DNA of 64,000 nucleotides from Octopus vulgaris. Lineage: Eukaryota. The stretch covers positions 138,818,001-138,882,000 of the forward strand of contig OX597815.1 in assembly GCA_951406725.2 (NCBI GenBank), written 5' to 3'. Below are positions 26,823 through 41,490 of this stretch, one piece after another. Position 1 is the stretch's first letter. Each line of letters opens with the position of its first letter. The notes below the pieces were generated by a model. The model was not told where the DNA came from and did no database searches. It was given only the letters and a program-made list of their open reading frames with translations. The position numbers were made by a program, and so were the translations under genes.

Positions 26823-27704
26823 TTTCCGTATCCCAGTACTTCAAGTCAACGGTAATGTCTTCAAATATCTTTCAGGCTATATATGTTCTGAACACTTCTG
26901 AAGTGTCTGTGAAGAAAACGTAATCCTTCTAAGGAGGTTTAATCACATTTATGGCCTTTTATTTCTTAATGAATTCATTCTGAAGCGTTAGTTTAAGATG
27001 CACTGATTAAGATTCTTTATTTGATTTCACTGCTCCGTTTTATCAGAATTTTATATATTTAAGCCAAATACGTTAAAACCTCATTAAGATACCGTCTTAT
27101 CACACATATTAACGCTTATCTCTTCACTAATTATATTAATGAATTTTATTAGAAATTAATGTTACGTTACTAATTTTATAAGATTCTTTTTTGCTATTTA
27201 AAACAAAATGCCTTTGTTTATAAGATTTCCAAAACGCCATTACATTACACGGCAGTCAAATGTTTGTTATCTCTCTGTTAAAACAAATAAATGAATAAAT
27301 ACGTAGCTAAGTCTTCAAAACAAATTATTACAATAACATAAGGAATATATTGCTTCTTCCCTTTGAATGTCATGGAATTGTGCTGAAGAAAATATCTAAA
27401 TTATTGGCGGTTTTATAATTAAGTCGTTATAATCGACTGTTTCCCCCCACGCCCGCTTATTTTTAGGCTTGTGTGAATATGAGAAATAATTATTAGTACC
27501 CATATTTTTATTATATTTTTCAACAATCAGAGAAAATGCTAAGACACTTATTTCTAAAAATAGTTGTACGTCGTTCATATATTTTTTAAAGAGTGTAATT
27601 TACTTCCTTAGCAAAGCCAGTAAAACATTAAGTAAACTATAAGATTTTCCAAAGGTTTATAATCTTCTCGAAATTCTTTCACTGACAATATAATTTAAAC
27701 ATTA

Positions 27705-28095
27705 CTAGCACTATCGCCCAGCGTTGCTCGGGTTTGTTTCGACCCTTTAGAATTGGAAATTTTGGAAAGTAAAAGTTTTGCATTATGTAGCTTCTTATTC
27801 TCTTTAAGAGAACATTTTTTTGGTTGAAATACATAAAAAAATGGCGATACAGCAGTCAAAACATCGTAAAAAATAGGGATTTTCATAGAAAAAAAGCACC
27901 ATTTTTATGTAAATAATTTTTGGTGTTAACATGGTCTGATTTGAATGTTTTCTTCTACGGAAAAAAAGAGCAAGCCTTCTTCTATCATACTCTCAATTTT
28001 GGTCAACTTGCGGCAGGTTCTCGGAGGAGATAGTGTTAGTTGAAGGCTACCAAACCTGCCATACACAAACAAATTCAGTTTTATATAGAGAGAGA
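27705..28095 (-). mobile_element. Non-autonomous Helitron; same 3' end as 2033 but a different body
   Basis: actagcactatcgcccagcgttgctcgggtttg; the other end ttttatatagagagagat reads A|TC on the minus strand. Confidence 0.75.
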
Positions 28096-29197
28096 TAGAG
28101 TGTATATATATATATATATATGCGGTCAACACACACATTGCATGCATATGTTTTGTACTCATACATGCTAGTGTGTGTGTGTGTGTGTTTGTGTGGGACT
28201 GAAGCCATTCACACATACATACATAATAACATCTGTCTGTCTATTTTTGTCTGTTAATCACGCACTAAAAAAGTATTTAAAAAAATCTGTTATCTCTCTC
28301 TCTCTCTCTCTCCCTCTCCCTCTCCCTCCGTCTCTTTACACCGTCGTTAGAAGGGGATTTAACTCATGTTTTGTAAACAATAATGGCGTCACTACAGTGG
28401 ATTTCTCCGCCGTGAAAATTGAAGTTATGGCTCAAAATTATTTACCACTATTCGCGAATGCCTCGGGGGAAAATAATTTGACGAAAATACAGCTAGGATC
28501 GTGACGAATGTCCTCCTAAAATGTGAGCGACATGCGCGCTAATTTGTGGATGTGCATAAACTACAATCATGTACGCACGCACACACACACACACACACAC
28601 ACACATCCTGCCTTATATATATATATACAGATATCTGCAACAAAATTATAGTAACCATCTCTAAAAATTCTTATATTTGTTTCTTCATCAGAAGCATTTA
28701 ATATTTAACAGGATATTTATCAATATTAATCGTCACTGTATCACAGATTAGACAAATTCTTAGAATTATCACTTAAGAACCAACAACACTATCTTTACTT
28801 ACCTATGAAAAAGAGTATAGCTCATTCTAAACTTTTGTACTCAATCCTAAAGAAAACTTGGTTTAATTATTTATTGATCGAGATTATTAAACTATATTTA
28901 ATGAAACCATATTTAAGAAAATACACAAAAATTACAATTTTCTGACATTGATTTTGCTGCAAATCTGAGGTTCTATATTTTCTATAAGAATTCCTATATC
29001 ACCAAATAGAATGATGTCATACTTTTTTCAGTAAGGAAGCAAGTATATATAAATTACAATTGTGCAATGATGTAAATCGCCATGTTAATTGACCTTCAAG
29101 TCTTCATTCATTGACGACTGGCGTATCACATCTACTGTTTTAGCAACGTTTTTCTTGATCTGGACTCGACAGCTCAGTTCCAGGTACCTCCTTTACA

Positions 29198-29515
29198 GCG
29201 GTGATGGCACATGGCTCAGTGGTTAGAGTGTCGGGCTCACAATCATGAGGTAGTGAGTCCAGTTTCTCGACTGGGCTGTGTGCTGTGTTCTTGAGCAAGA
29301 CTCTTTATTTCAGGTTGCTCCAATTCACTCAGCTCTAGAAATGAGTTGCGACAATACTGGTGCCAAGCTGTACCGGCCTTTGCCTGTTCTTTGGATAACA
29401 TTGGTGGCGTGAAGAGGGGAGGCTGGTATGCACAGGTGACTGCTTGTCACAACTTGCTCGGATTTGTGCCTCGCAGGGGACTCTGTAGGTGTAATCCTAT
29501 GCCCATTCATGACCT
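29198..29515 (+). mobile_element. tRNA-derived SINE with a family B-related head
   Basis: atggctcagtggttagagtgtcgggctcacaatcatgaggtagtgag...gtgttcttgagcaagactctttatttcaggttgctcca, matching the 23109 head and core. Confidence 0.75.
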
Positions 29516-30681
29516 GAGGGTTTTTTTACTTTTTACTTCACATATTATTTCCTTTTAATTAAGTTAATAATTCTAAAGTTTATTGACTATGTCTCAGATA
29601 CGTCATATTCATCATAACACTAATCATAACACTACCATCATATTACATTTGATTGTCTAAATGAAAGCTGTCTATCCTGAATGAGCACTGACACTGTTGT
29701 TAGTTTCTATGAAGAATAAATCAATCCAAAATGGAAACAGAGTTGCAGATTAAGTTTAAATATTTTGGAAAATGGTGTGAAATAGAAACAATCAATACGG
29801 ATCTGTTTTGGTATTCCGTATAGATAAGTGCGATATATTTGCCTAACGTCAGCTAATATATGTATTTAAGAAATTAGATTCATAGTGTCAGCACTAAACA
29901 CTTAGCTCATAACTATCGTTACAATAGTGGTATAGGCAATGGTTCACTTGCATTGCACATTCAGAAGTGCTAATACAGTACTATGTCCAACCTTCAGAAA
30001 TTCTGATTCCGAAATATCTTAAACATACGAAACGACACACACATACAAACACAGAAAACTGAGAATTCCCGCAAACGCACTTGAAATGCTCTGACAATTT
30101 ATATAGAGACTTGTACATCGTAACTTTATATCACTTTTCGAATTTAATTTATTTTTATTGTTCGCTGATCTATCTCTGTTCATCTTCATTAGGGAGAATT
30201 TCTTGAACTTCTTAATTAAGTTACTATCGTTTATCTCCTATCTGATCTAAAGTAGCTTCTTGGCGTTAACTCAGTTTTATATAGACACATCAATAATTCA
30301 ATTTTCTCTTTAAACCTCCGATTGAATGATATTCATATTATTGTTGTTTATCTATTTATGCATCTGTCTGTCTGTCATTTATCTACCTCTGGACACTCAC
30401 ACTAATATAAAATTACATGCGCATACATATGTGTTTATATACGTATATGCACACACACATGCAGACATACATGCACACATGCAGACTCACATATACACAC
30501 AAACACACACATATACATATAAATATATACATGCATACATACATATATGTATACATATATATATATTTTCATATATATTAATATTTCACTTAGGTATAGC
30601 GACACTATATATATATATATATATATTTATATATGTATGTGAGTATGTATGTATGTATGTATGTATGTATATATGTATATA

Positions 30682-30731
<50 letters not shown>

Positions 30732-30862
30732 TTTTAAATGAATATTAGAAGCACGCATGTGTAATAATGTTATTTAAATATTTCTCTTAACGTTTCTAGA
30801 TGTTGATTTTCCCATCGGCTGGATGAAGTTAATATAGTACAGGCACATACACACAGACTCAA

Positions 30863-30900
<38 letters not shown>

Positions 30901-31334
30901 GAAATAAGAAAATGATGTAACACTAGCAGAATGTGTGAACTGTGTGTAGTTGGTGTTGCGAAGAAACTCGCAACAAGCTACAAGTATAGTTTATCGCACA
31001 ATCTTACGGCCACGATTAGATTTCTGTTCAAAAATTCAATCTAATAAAATATGCATCAATTTGACATGATTACCGTAATTCAAAGAGAGATATCATGAAA
31101 ACAAGCAGGCATTTAGCGACACATAATTTGTTTTACACTATAGTAGTGCTGACATAATTGGGGTGTGTGACAGAGAACGAGATAGAAGCCAGGAAAGAAC
31201 CTATGCACGGTTGTTCAACCTGCTAGAGATAACAGCTAAATTTATATAATACACTTTTCTTTTCAGTTAACGGTGTGAGTTGTATCAAGATTTGCTTCGA
31301 CATAGTGACCATTAACAACTTACTGTTAGAAGTC

Positions 31335-32255
31335 AATATACATATTGAAAGTGTTCACTGACTAGTTCTGTAGCGCTCCAACAGATAGTATCATACTGTT
31401 GCAGGCACAGTGAGAGCTTGCAGTGACCTTCATGGAACAATGTGGCGAGTGACATTGCTGTGTTTACTTCGCAAGTTGTGAAATTTTTGCTTTTGTGATC
31501 ACGTGCATTCAGTAGTCTGCGTTTTTGCCATAGACAGGAACAAAGAGCCGACGTGAATATTTGCGTTAAAATCAGGAAATCTACTACAGAGACATAGAGC
31601 ATGATTCTGCCAGCTTACGGTGACGAGGCAATGGGTCGTACACAATGTTTCGAGTGGTATGGTTACTTCAAAAGCGGGAGAACGTCCCTGGAAGACGATG
31701 AGCGATCTGGAAGACCTGCGACGAGCGTCATTCCCAGGAATGCGGTAATGTGCATCGAGAATTCGCCCCCCCACCCCCCAGCCAGACCGTCAATCGAAAG
31801 TTCTACTGAGACGTTTCAAAGCACTTCAGGAGAGACATTCGGCGAGAGTGACCAGATCTGTTGAACGCGAATAATTGGATTTTCCAAGACGACAATGCAA
31901 CCTCTTACCGAGCACTCCTCACTTGTGAGTTTCAAAACAAATACAACATGGTATCTCTTCTGTACCCGCCCTATTCATCAGATTTGTCACTGCGAACTTC
32001 AGTATCTTCTCCAAGATGAAAATGCAGCTTATAGACCACCGTTTCAACACTGTTGTCGAGATCCAGAGAGGATCACAGTAAGACTCGCTTGCAGAAAAGA
32101 CTTGCAGGCTGGATTCCAAAAACGGAAGAAACACTGAGGCCAGTGTATTGCTGTGCAAAGTGACTATTTCGAGGGAAATGATGTTAAAACTTAGGTAAAT
32201 AAGCTATTTTTTAAAAACATTACTGGCTTCGTGAACCTTTTCGTAACACCTCGTA
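31335..32255 (+). mobile_element. Decayed mariner transposon
   Basis: EQRADVNICVKIRKSTTET*SMILPAYGDEAMGRTQCFEWYGYFKSGRTSLEDDERSGRP (mariner HTH), then DNA and PPYSSDL. Right TIR gaaccttttcgtaacacctcgTA. Confidence 0.88.
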
Positions 32256-32397
32256 TAATTTATAAGCATGTTAGTACACATTATTCTTGGTGGGGATACA
32301 GATTGTGAACTATAAAAGATGTGTTGAAAAGGCTAAATAACCATTGGAAAAAGTGTCGACTTTTCTCGCATCAAGAAACGTAAATGCTGTCTTGAAA

Positions 32398-32829
32398 ATT
32401 TGGCACAAAATCGGCAATTTCGGGGGAGGGAGTAAGTCAATAACACCGGCCCCAGTGCTCAACCGGTACTTGCTTTATCGAATCCGAAAGTATGAAAGTC
32501 AAAGTCGACCTCGGCGGAATTTGAACTCAGGATGTAATGACGGACGAAATACATCTAAGCATTTTGTCAGGCATGCTAACGATTCTCTCAGCTTACCACC
32601 TTGAAGCAACATGGGTAATTTCAAATTTTGGGACACGACATCTATTTCGAGGGAGCTGTGTGAGTCAATTACATCGCCCCAGTGCTCAACTGGTACTTAT
32701 TTCATCGACCTTAAAAGGATGAAACGCTAAGTCGACCTCGGCGGATTTTAAATTCAGAACGTAAAGACGAACGAAATGCCGCTAAGCACTTTATCCGGCG
32801 TTCTAATGATTTACTAGATCGCCACCTTA
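32398..32829 (-). mobile_element. Two tandem SINE family A copies (32398-32602 and 32625-32829)
   Basis: Each contains aagtcgacctcggcgga(a/t)tt...a(c/t)tcag and ends in ccacctt, the reverse complement of the 204 head. Confidence 0.85.
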
Positions 32830-34273
32830 AGAAACATAAAATGTTGAGAGTAGAAATTATTATACTTTTTTCGTTTCTACTACATGGAACCGAAACAGCC
32901 ATCACGAAGTGTGTTCTCAGCTACATTACAGTCTTTCTGGGTTAGAGATTTATAGAAGAGTTTTAAGCAGATCTTTAACTTTATAGACACTATAAAAGGG
33001 AGAAAACTAAAATATTTGGGCCAATAACTTTTTTTTTAAATGCTGTAAATAGAAAGTAAGATGAATGGAAAAACCAAACCTTATGAAGATGAATATTATT
33101 ACTTGTTAGACTTACTTAAAATATACTCTTACTGTCAAGGTACAGCCTGGATATTATATTAATCTTCATTCGGTGGTGAGGTTCTAGATTTGGAGTTCTA
33201 GAGTTGTGAGGAACTTGGAGTTACCCCTTCGTTGACATTACTTTTAGGTTCGTTCTTATCCATAACGGTAGTACCTCTCAGGGGACCATCTATGGGCTAA
33301 ATAGAATTTCGTGAAGGTAAATTCACCTCCGAAGCTGCTGTGAAAGCAATAAATCTAGAAAGAAAACTCCAAAATTGATAGTTATTTTCCAGCATGCCCT
33401 AAACCAGCACGGAAGAGCATGACTGATGAAACGAACATGGGCTATGACCGGTAACGTAAATTCATACTATGAAGGCAGCTATCTCGTGTTAGTGCACATT
33501 CTGCCACAGATGGAGATTGAAGAAAATGGTGGACTATCAAAACAACATAAGCAAGAATCCGAAATCATGATCTATAATATCCAGGCTGCTGGTAATGAAC
33601 CTTACACATGCGCATATAACACCCTCTGTCGATGCATATACACAAACGTACACACAATCATATCTATATTTATATGTCGGTGCTTGTATGAATATTATTA
33701 TGTATACATGCACACACATATATCTGCGCAATCACACACATCCCATACATTCCCAAACGCGCGTACACAAACCCACTCTTACATCTACAAAATGGTTAAC
33801 TCACCGCTATATATATAGATATATAGATTTATATTTGCACTACTTGTACATGTGCTTATTTTACATCCCATACAAATTAGAATCAAACACTAAGAAGATC
33901 GGGCGCAATTACTAGATTGTTCCATACGAAAGCAATTGAAGATATATCTGTGCATTAAATAATTTCTTTGTTGATAAAAGTGGATGATTTCCTATACAAC
34001 TTGAAAATGTGCATATTGCTATTGATCTGTTATATATTCCCCTTACAATAGATCGCATGAATTGACTGTAATCAATGACAATTTCCTTCATATAAGTGAA
34101 GTTTCATTTTCAAAACTTAACATTAGCGGCAATGTTTCAAGAATTAATTATAGGAATAGATATTATACTTTATTCCTACACAGAGGATTTTCCTTCCATT
34201 TTACAAATGCCTTCACTTCAATATTAATATTAATACCAATATAAACATCAATATCAATATCAATATCTATCTG

Positions 34274-34376
<103 letters not shown>

Positions 34377-34462
34377 CTCTAACTATAAATCATTCCATTT
34401 ATTTGTCTAACTATATATCAACATATCTCTGTCTGTGTATCTATGATATATGTGTACGTGTA

Positions 34463-34548
<86 letters not shown>

Positions 34549-34615
34549 GTATGTATATATGTATGAACACACACTCCTACACACACATAAGCATAATATA
34601 TATATATATATATAT

Positions 34616-34790
34616 TGATTGGAATGGTAAGACAACAAAAGAATGAAAGAGACCTCGATATTATGTGAATAGCGGTATTTATCTGTAAAATTAATATGTG
34701 ACAAATATTCAGTACCCATGATAAAACTTCGAGTTTCGGATGTCGGGGTGGAGACCCACGCCGCCATCTCTTCAGTTATCCGGGCATCGA
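34616..34790 (-). mobile_element. Solo PLE pseudo-LTR fragment
   Basis: Lies between (TA)n and (CA)n tracts and carries the HHR at 34720-34780. Confidence 0.6.
34720..34780 (-). ncRNA. Type-I hammerhead ribozyme motif
   Basis: gataa CTGAAGA gatg-gcggcgtgggtctccaccccga-catc c GAAAC tcgaa GTT ttatc: perfect 5-bp stem I, GC-rich stem II, near-palindromic stem III. Confidence 0.7.
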
Positions 34791-34894
34791 AAAATATATA
34801 CAAACACACACACACACACACAGACATACACACACATATATGAATACATACAAATATCTATATATAGATATATGCATTTGTGTACTTATTTATA

Positions 34895-35737
34895 TGACGC
34901 ATGTTTAGAAATGTTTAACAGGGACATCGACTGGACAGGAGGCATGAACATCAATGGCACGAGCACCTAACACACCACCAATTCGCAGATGACATTGTAC
35001 TCATCATTGAAACCAGAGACCATTTGCCCAGCTGCAGATCATGATTACAGAGCAGTAGGCCTTAAAATGAACCGCATGAAAACAGTATATGCAGTCCTAA
35101 GTTGTAGCACAGGACCGAATAGAGGTGGAAAGCGATAAAATCAAGGAAGTAACAGAGCTCATCTACTTACAGCACATAGTGAATTGAATATATGCTGAGA
35201 TATGGATGCTCAAACCTCAAACAGAATAAGAGTAGGGGTGGGGGAAGGCGTTTACTGCAACAAAGGAAGCGCTCAAAATAATGGTAGACATTACTATACG
35301 TGCCAGACTCTTGAATAAAACCAACGTACCTGCGCTCTCATACACATACGCATGTAAGACGTATGACGTATTAAGTAGATAGTAAATCGAATTGCTACGA
35401 CGCAGAAGGCCATGGAAAGATCCATGCTTGTAATATTATTACGAGAGCATGTTCGAAATGAGATGATTTGATTAAGGAGCGAAGTAAACAATGTGATCAC
35501 AGAATAACGAAAGCACATGTTCCGTAGGGCCGGACATGTCTATAGGCTCACAGACAATAGATAGACCTGTGCAGTTGCCGAGTGTTCTCCAAGAGATCGG
35601 AAAACGCCACTTGAAGGGCGTCCATGACGATGGGAAGAAGATTCAGTTAAAAGACTTGGGTCAAGATGGAATAGGATGGTGCAACCAAAGCAAAATAGAA
35701 AACGCATTGTGGTCAGTGGGGTACAATAACACCTGAT
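34895..35737 (+). mobile_element. Decayed RTE-clade LINE 3' half
   Basis: CLEMFNRDIDWTGGMNING...HLTHHQFADDIVLI (RT motif C) and RAGHVYRLTDNR*T...PRDRKTPLEGRP*RWEED (RTE C-terminus). Confidence 0.82.
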
Positions 35738-36879
35738 GGTCTGGTCGATACTATGATATGCATATGTATATATATTCATATATGTACGATTATATACATA
35801 TGCATGCAGAAACACATGAAAATTCCACAATTTCTCTAAGTTAAACATTTATGTGCAATATGTTCAGTATTCTCAATATATTTCGTATAGCTAATATACT
35901 CCTCCACAAATCTATACTTAGCAAATAATACGTATGTATATTCAAAGACAGGTAATTTTCATTTGCTTTGTTTTATGAAGCTACCGTTTCCTGATATTGA
36001 TTTTGGTCTAATATTAAAGCATTCATACACAACATTCGTAACGTGCCTACGCAAGCGCTCGCACACACATATGAATGGTTCTTCGTCGGTTAATTGAATT
36101 AACGTGATTGTGATTGAACATTCCACGAATGTCTGTATCTATCTATACTTTTCATTCAGAATCTGGGACACTTCATGTTAAACATGTACCATTGAAATAC
36201 ATGTATAAGCACATTTAAAAACTTCTATGGAGTTTATTCTACCCACGTTTACTAACCAGTTATGTGTCGTGTCGACCAGAAGCTCTCGAAAATTTATGCA
36301 AGTATATGTATTTTTATGGAAAATACTGGAAGGAAAATCTTATACATATATTATTTAATAAACACAATATATGCCATTATGTGTTACTATTAGTTTGATG
36401 TGCTGAGAGCATGACAAACATTGTTCTTAATACGTTTGATGTTCATGTACAATCATCGGAGACAGCCCACATGGCATAACGAACTACAAATGGGTCGATT
36501 ACATGACCGAAAACCAACAAAAGGCGAAAAAGAAGTAGATAGAAATGGCATAAGTTCAGAAATCTGAAAGCAGCAAGAGGTGGGAATTAGCGTAATTTGC
36601 CCTTAGACCGTATATAACAATGAAAACAAAGTGGCTTAGAGTCTGTGCAACCGTTATTCAAGCGTTATTGAATTCGTCAACAGGAGCTTAGCCATATGCT
36701 AACAACAGCTGAAAATTTCGGCTATAGAGCTCAGGAGTGACTTAGAAATTTTCGATCTGAAAAAAACCTCGGTTCTTTCAGCTACGCTAAGCTTAAATTT
36801 TTTTGTCCGTTAACATATATTTTTGCTTTTTCGACTATTTTCCACTTTATCGTATGTGGTCACTTAGGCACTGCTTGTG

Positions 36880-37625
36880 AGAAACAGAGCACCATGACGC
36901 AATTCACTTTGCCAGAAATTTAGAAACGACATGATGTAATGCTTGGCATTCGCGCTGGAACCTCCGATACGAACATTTCAGGGTGTTTGTGATTCAATCT
37001 GAGGATAGTGCAATCTGAGCATATGTGCTGAGATTGATAAATATCAAACATCCAGTCTCCACATCATGGTATTTGGAGTGATCACTAGTGATGGCGATGC
37101 TATGCCTCTCTATTGATTTTTTTCACACGACCTCCCACTCAACACGGAGGCCTATATCAAGTGTCTGGAGGAGGTAGCGCTGCCCTGGGTCAAGAGGATG
37201 ACTGCTGGAAGACCCTATGTCTGGCAACGGAACTCCGCACCGTTTCACGCAAGCAAGAGAACACAGTCATGGTTGTCAGACAATTTCTACGGCTACATTA
37301 CCACTAACATCTGACCACCAGACTGCAACTCCCTTGATTATTATGAGTGGGACGCAGTTGAGTGAGAGACCAACAAAACTCCTCGTGACATCAAAGATGA
37401 ACTGAAGGCAAGGATTATAGCAGCATTCTCCAACTTCAAAAAGGAGACCGTTCAGAAGTCGTCTGGGGATCTTGGTTTAAGCTAATGACGATTCTAGTGA
37501 AAAGAATTTACTCTTTAGTATTTCAGATATTTTTATGTAATTTCTATATATATATATCTGTTAAATGAGATGTCAGTGTTATTTTAATTTTTGTGTAATT
37601 TAGACAATATATTCACCGCACCTTG
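36880..37625 (+). mobile_element. Decayed Tc1/mariner transposon, DD37D/maT-like
   Basis: HIMVFGVITSDGDAMP, NTEAYIKCLEEVALPWVKRMTAGRPYVWQRNSAP, PDCNSLDYYEWDAVE. Probable right TIR gacaatatattcaccgcaccttg. Confidence 0.8.
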
Positions 37626-37652
37626 AATATACATACATACATTCATACATGT

Positions 37653-37732
<80 letters not shown>

Positions 37733-38160
37733 AGGTGTGGGTGTATGTATATATATGCACATGTATGTGAGCATATGGATATGAAAGTAAACAGAACAAC
37801 ATACAGACGGATAGGTACATAGGTTATATGAACAGGCAAGCACATATACGCAAATGAAGAATGAAACATATGACCATATATTCACACACACTCAGACATG
37901 CACACACAAGGAGACAGAGGTACACACACACATATACAAACACACACACACACGCACACGCATACATAAAAACACGGACAAACACATGAATATTCAGAAT
38001 ACATATATACAAATGTACACACACGAATAGATACATATGCATACACACATCCATGCTTACACACATGCATACATACATGCATGCCGGTATAGGGACACAC
38101 ACACTGATTTACACACATGCACACAAACAAACAAAAAGGAAGGCAGTGCGTGTAACGGAC

Positions 38161-38350
38161 AGAGTCAAAACTATTGAAAAGGTTGCAAGACGCAACGAAA
38201 ATTTTAGAAAAATGAAAAATATATAAATGGAAATTTTACCGGTGAGTGTTAAATTATAAGGCAAAAAGAGAATGACTCTCCCCAAGCACAACAGAATATG
38301 CTTCAACACACGCACTCACATACATAATCTTGCAAACCAAATCCAAAAAC
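38161..38350 (+). mobile_element. Solo arm of the 14.9-15.3 kb fold-back family
   Basis: Collinear with 15141-15333, including the U3-A8 HHR-like core. Followed by (TA)n. Confidence 0.88.
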
Positions 38351-38725
38351 GATATATATATATATATATATACTTGCATATATATAAATGAATTGTAAGG
38401 ACACGGTGTTTATGATATACTATAAAGTACATTAAACATTTTTATAAATCAATACCGTGTTCTACTGTGCGTTTTACAACTCTTGTTAGGGTTATCTCTA
38501 CAGATATTCAACAGGAAGTATAGCCAACACTGATTTTTGTTACGATGTTTCGTACCCGAGACGTCAGATGAAAACAAACAACGAAATCCAAAATAGAAAA
38601 AGTGTAATGAGCGTATATGCCAAATTATGGGAGTTTTTGCCCCTCACCAACATTCATCTAATCCTTTAGTCATCCAAGGACACATTGCTTCGTGTAGAAG
38701 TATCCTTAACAAGTGATGTGTGTGT

Positions 38726-38759
<34 letters not shown>

Positions 38760-40287
38760 AACAAGTGTTATGCAATCCCTAGAAATTTGATAATACAAGC
38801 TGCTTATAAATTATTTTCTAATAAATATTAATAATGAAAGACGTGTGATATGACGTAATAATGTATTTGTGAACAAAGTCTCCTGATTTGTTCTTTCTAT
38901 TCAAATTTTTATCATAATTTATAATTGCGTGTGTGCTTGTATGTGTGTGCGTGTGGGGTGGGGGGAGCATATACATGCAAACAACAAGCACATATAAAAT
39001 TAAAACGTGACAACGAAGGTATACTTCTCTTGCTCAAAATCTTGACCGCAATTAACAAAGTAGAACATGACTTTTGACGTAGGAGAATAACGATTAAAAC
39101 ACCTTATGCCTGAAAGTCCGCAGAAATCCAACAAGTATTTGAAAAACAGTAGAGGGGATAAACGTATTCATTTGCTGAATATGAGACTGTGAATTTCTGG
39201 AAACCTTAAATATCAATTTAGAAACTTAATTGTTCCAAATTAACAGTAGAATAATAATATTTCTAAAAATGTGAATTCAAGAGCATAAAACTTGAAAACA
39301 GCCGTGTATTAAATGAAATATATATATAAAAGTAGAGCTTTTCCCTATACATTTGTGTGTATGAGTATGTGTGTACATGTTTGTGTGTCTTTGGCTTTAT
39401 AAACAGAAATGAAATCGATATATGAAGCAGTGTTTACGTGCGCGCATACATAAATACATGCCATACACCCACACACATATGTATTTGTATGAGTGTGTGA
39501 GTGCGGTGTGTATCAGTTCCCATTCACATGTATTTGTTTATATTGTCTGCATATAGTTTAATGTGTAAGTTACTGTGTCAAACGCTACAGATTTTTTTTT
39601 GCCAAATTCATATTGGACATGTTATTCATAATGATATTGATTCAATCAATATATTATTGAACTTATCTCTCATGTCTAAAGGTTCGTTTTACTTTGATAT
39701 GTATTTAATCAATAAATCGATATTTCAGCCGTCATTGGACCCAATAACACATTTGTTTTCTTCTTTAACACGTTTGCTGTTTACCATGTTCTCTTATAGT
39801 TCTTTCAGTTTGCCTTCATATAAAGCTACTTATTAATTTGTTTTCAACACTCCATCTGTTTATTATTAGGAAAAGAAACCAGTATTAAGAACACAGAATT
39901 ATTGCTTAGATTTCATTCAAATAAATTAGAATCTGCTGATTTATGTCTATTTGCATCTATTCTAGTGAATGGTTAACTTATTCATGTTAACATAGCAACT
40001 CATATATGTAATAGCATTTCAGATATATACATATTTCAGTTTAATTTATTTTCGGAGATGATTTGCTGATTAGTATTACACAATTTCCTTTGAACCAGAT
40101 CTGATAGAAATCAGAAATCTAATAGTAACAGCAACTATGCAGTATCTAAAATACTGGCGCCATTTAGACTTATAGTTTTTTTTTAAATGAATATCTCAAC
40201 GATCACTTATATCTAAGATCATGGTATATTATAAGCACTTGAAGATTTTATGTTCAATGGGATGAGAGGTGTGGTATAGAATTGTTG

Positions 40288-40337
<50 letters not shown>

Positions 40338-40879
40338 TGTGTGTGTATATGTATGTATGCATCGATTATGTCTTTATGGTGTTGAATATATTAATAGCCT
40401 TACACACATGCCAGCATTTTTTTTTTATTCTTGAAGCCGGTGCATATTCTAGATGATATGTCTAGGCTGCATAATGACGGTGTGAGTGCGAATCGGCAGT
40501 TTGCGGCAGTGTGACAAGGAGGTTATAGTATCAACAAAATAGAAAAAAGAAAAGTGTCTTGTCTGCAATGTTGTAAAAGTTTGACATGTAATATCGGAGT
40601 GCCGTGCTGTGTTGTTAAGCAGGCTTTGAATTATTTATAGCCGCACTTTATCATAGTTCTAATATTACTGAGGTTATAGAGTGAGTCGATAAAAGATAAG
40701 TGGGGAATTAGACTGAAGTGTTAAAGTATCAAATGAAATGCTTCGTGGCATTTATACCATATCTTTGTAGTCTAAATTTGAAAACCACGGAGACCCATTT
40801 TTCTGTCATCCTCACCAAAGAGTAAGAACTGCCAAACTGGCATTTGTTCCAGTCGTTTCTATTCTGATTTGGAATCCTA

Positions 40880-41490
40880 CCGTGAGTGTACCGGTTGCAT
40901 AGCATTAAGAGGATCTATGATACTCAACCTCATTTCCATCTTTCCACTTCAAGGGAACATATGATGATGAAGATTTGTGATCCAAAAGCTTGTCACAATA
41001 AACTATAGAAACTTTTGATGCCTTTCCTGTCATAGGCTGCCTGTACTTCCTCACACAATATTTCTCCCCCAATCTCTATAAATCTCCTGAGTCCTTTTTG
41101 CAAGTCTGTTTTCTGAGACTTGTACAACTTTTATAGTTGCATTTTGTTCTTAACGTTTGGGTCAAGAAACTTTTCATGAGTGGATCTCTTTGTTGCTAAA
41201 AGCTCATTTATTACTGTATCATTGGAATCAAATTAGTCAAACCGATGATGTCTCCTCTTAAAACCTAACACATCTGATCCCATTTTATATATTCTATCAC
41301 GGAAAGATTGTCATGAACTTTCAAAGTGAACATTGCTGCATTTCTTCGGTAACAACTGCAAAACTTGTGGTTCTTTTACCTGCTCTACATCAAAATTTCT
41401 TTGGTACTCGTACACCTGCACTACGAATCTTCTTACTGACTCTGAACTTGAACTTGGCCCTAACCATTTTGTGATCAGTATCACAATCAC
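40880..41490 (-). mobile_element. RTE-BovB-like LINE fragment (end of AP endonuclease plus linker)
   Basis: DCDTDHKMVRAKFKFRVSKK, FDSNDTVINELL and EEVQAAYDRKGIKSFYSLL. Truncated where the PLE at 41490 begins. Confidence 0.65.

Noticed and set aside
33426-33818. 130-aa ORF and a possible + strand exon near 33510-33590
   Set aside because: No recognisable homology, the 3' half is microsatellite-like, and the donor site is weak.
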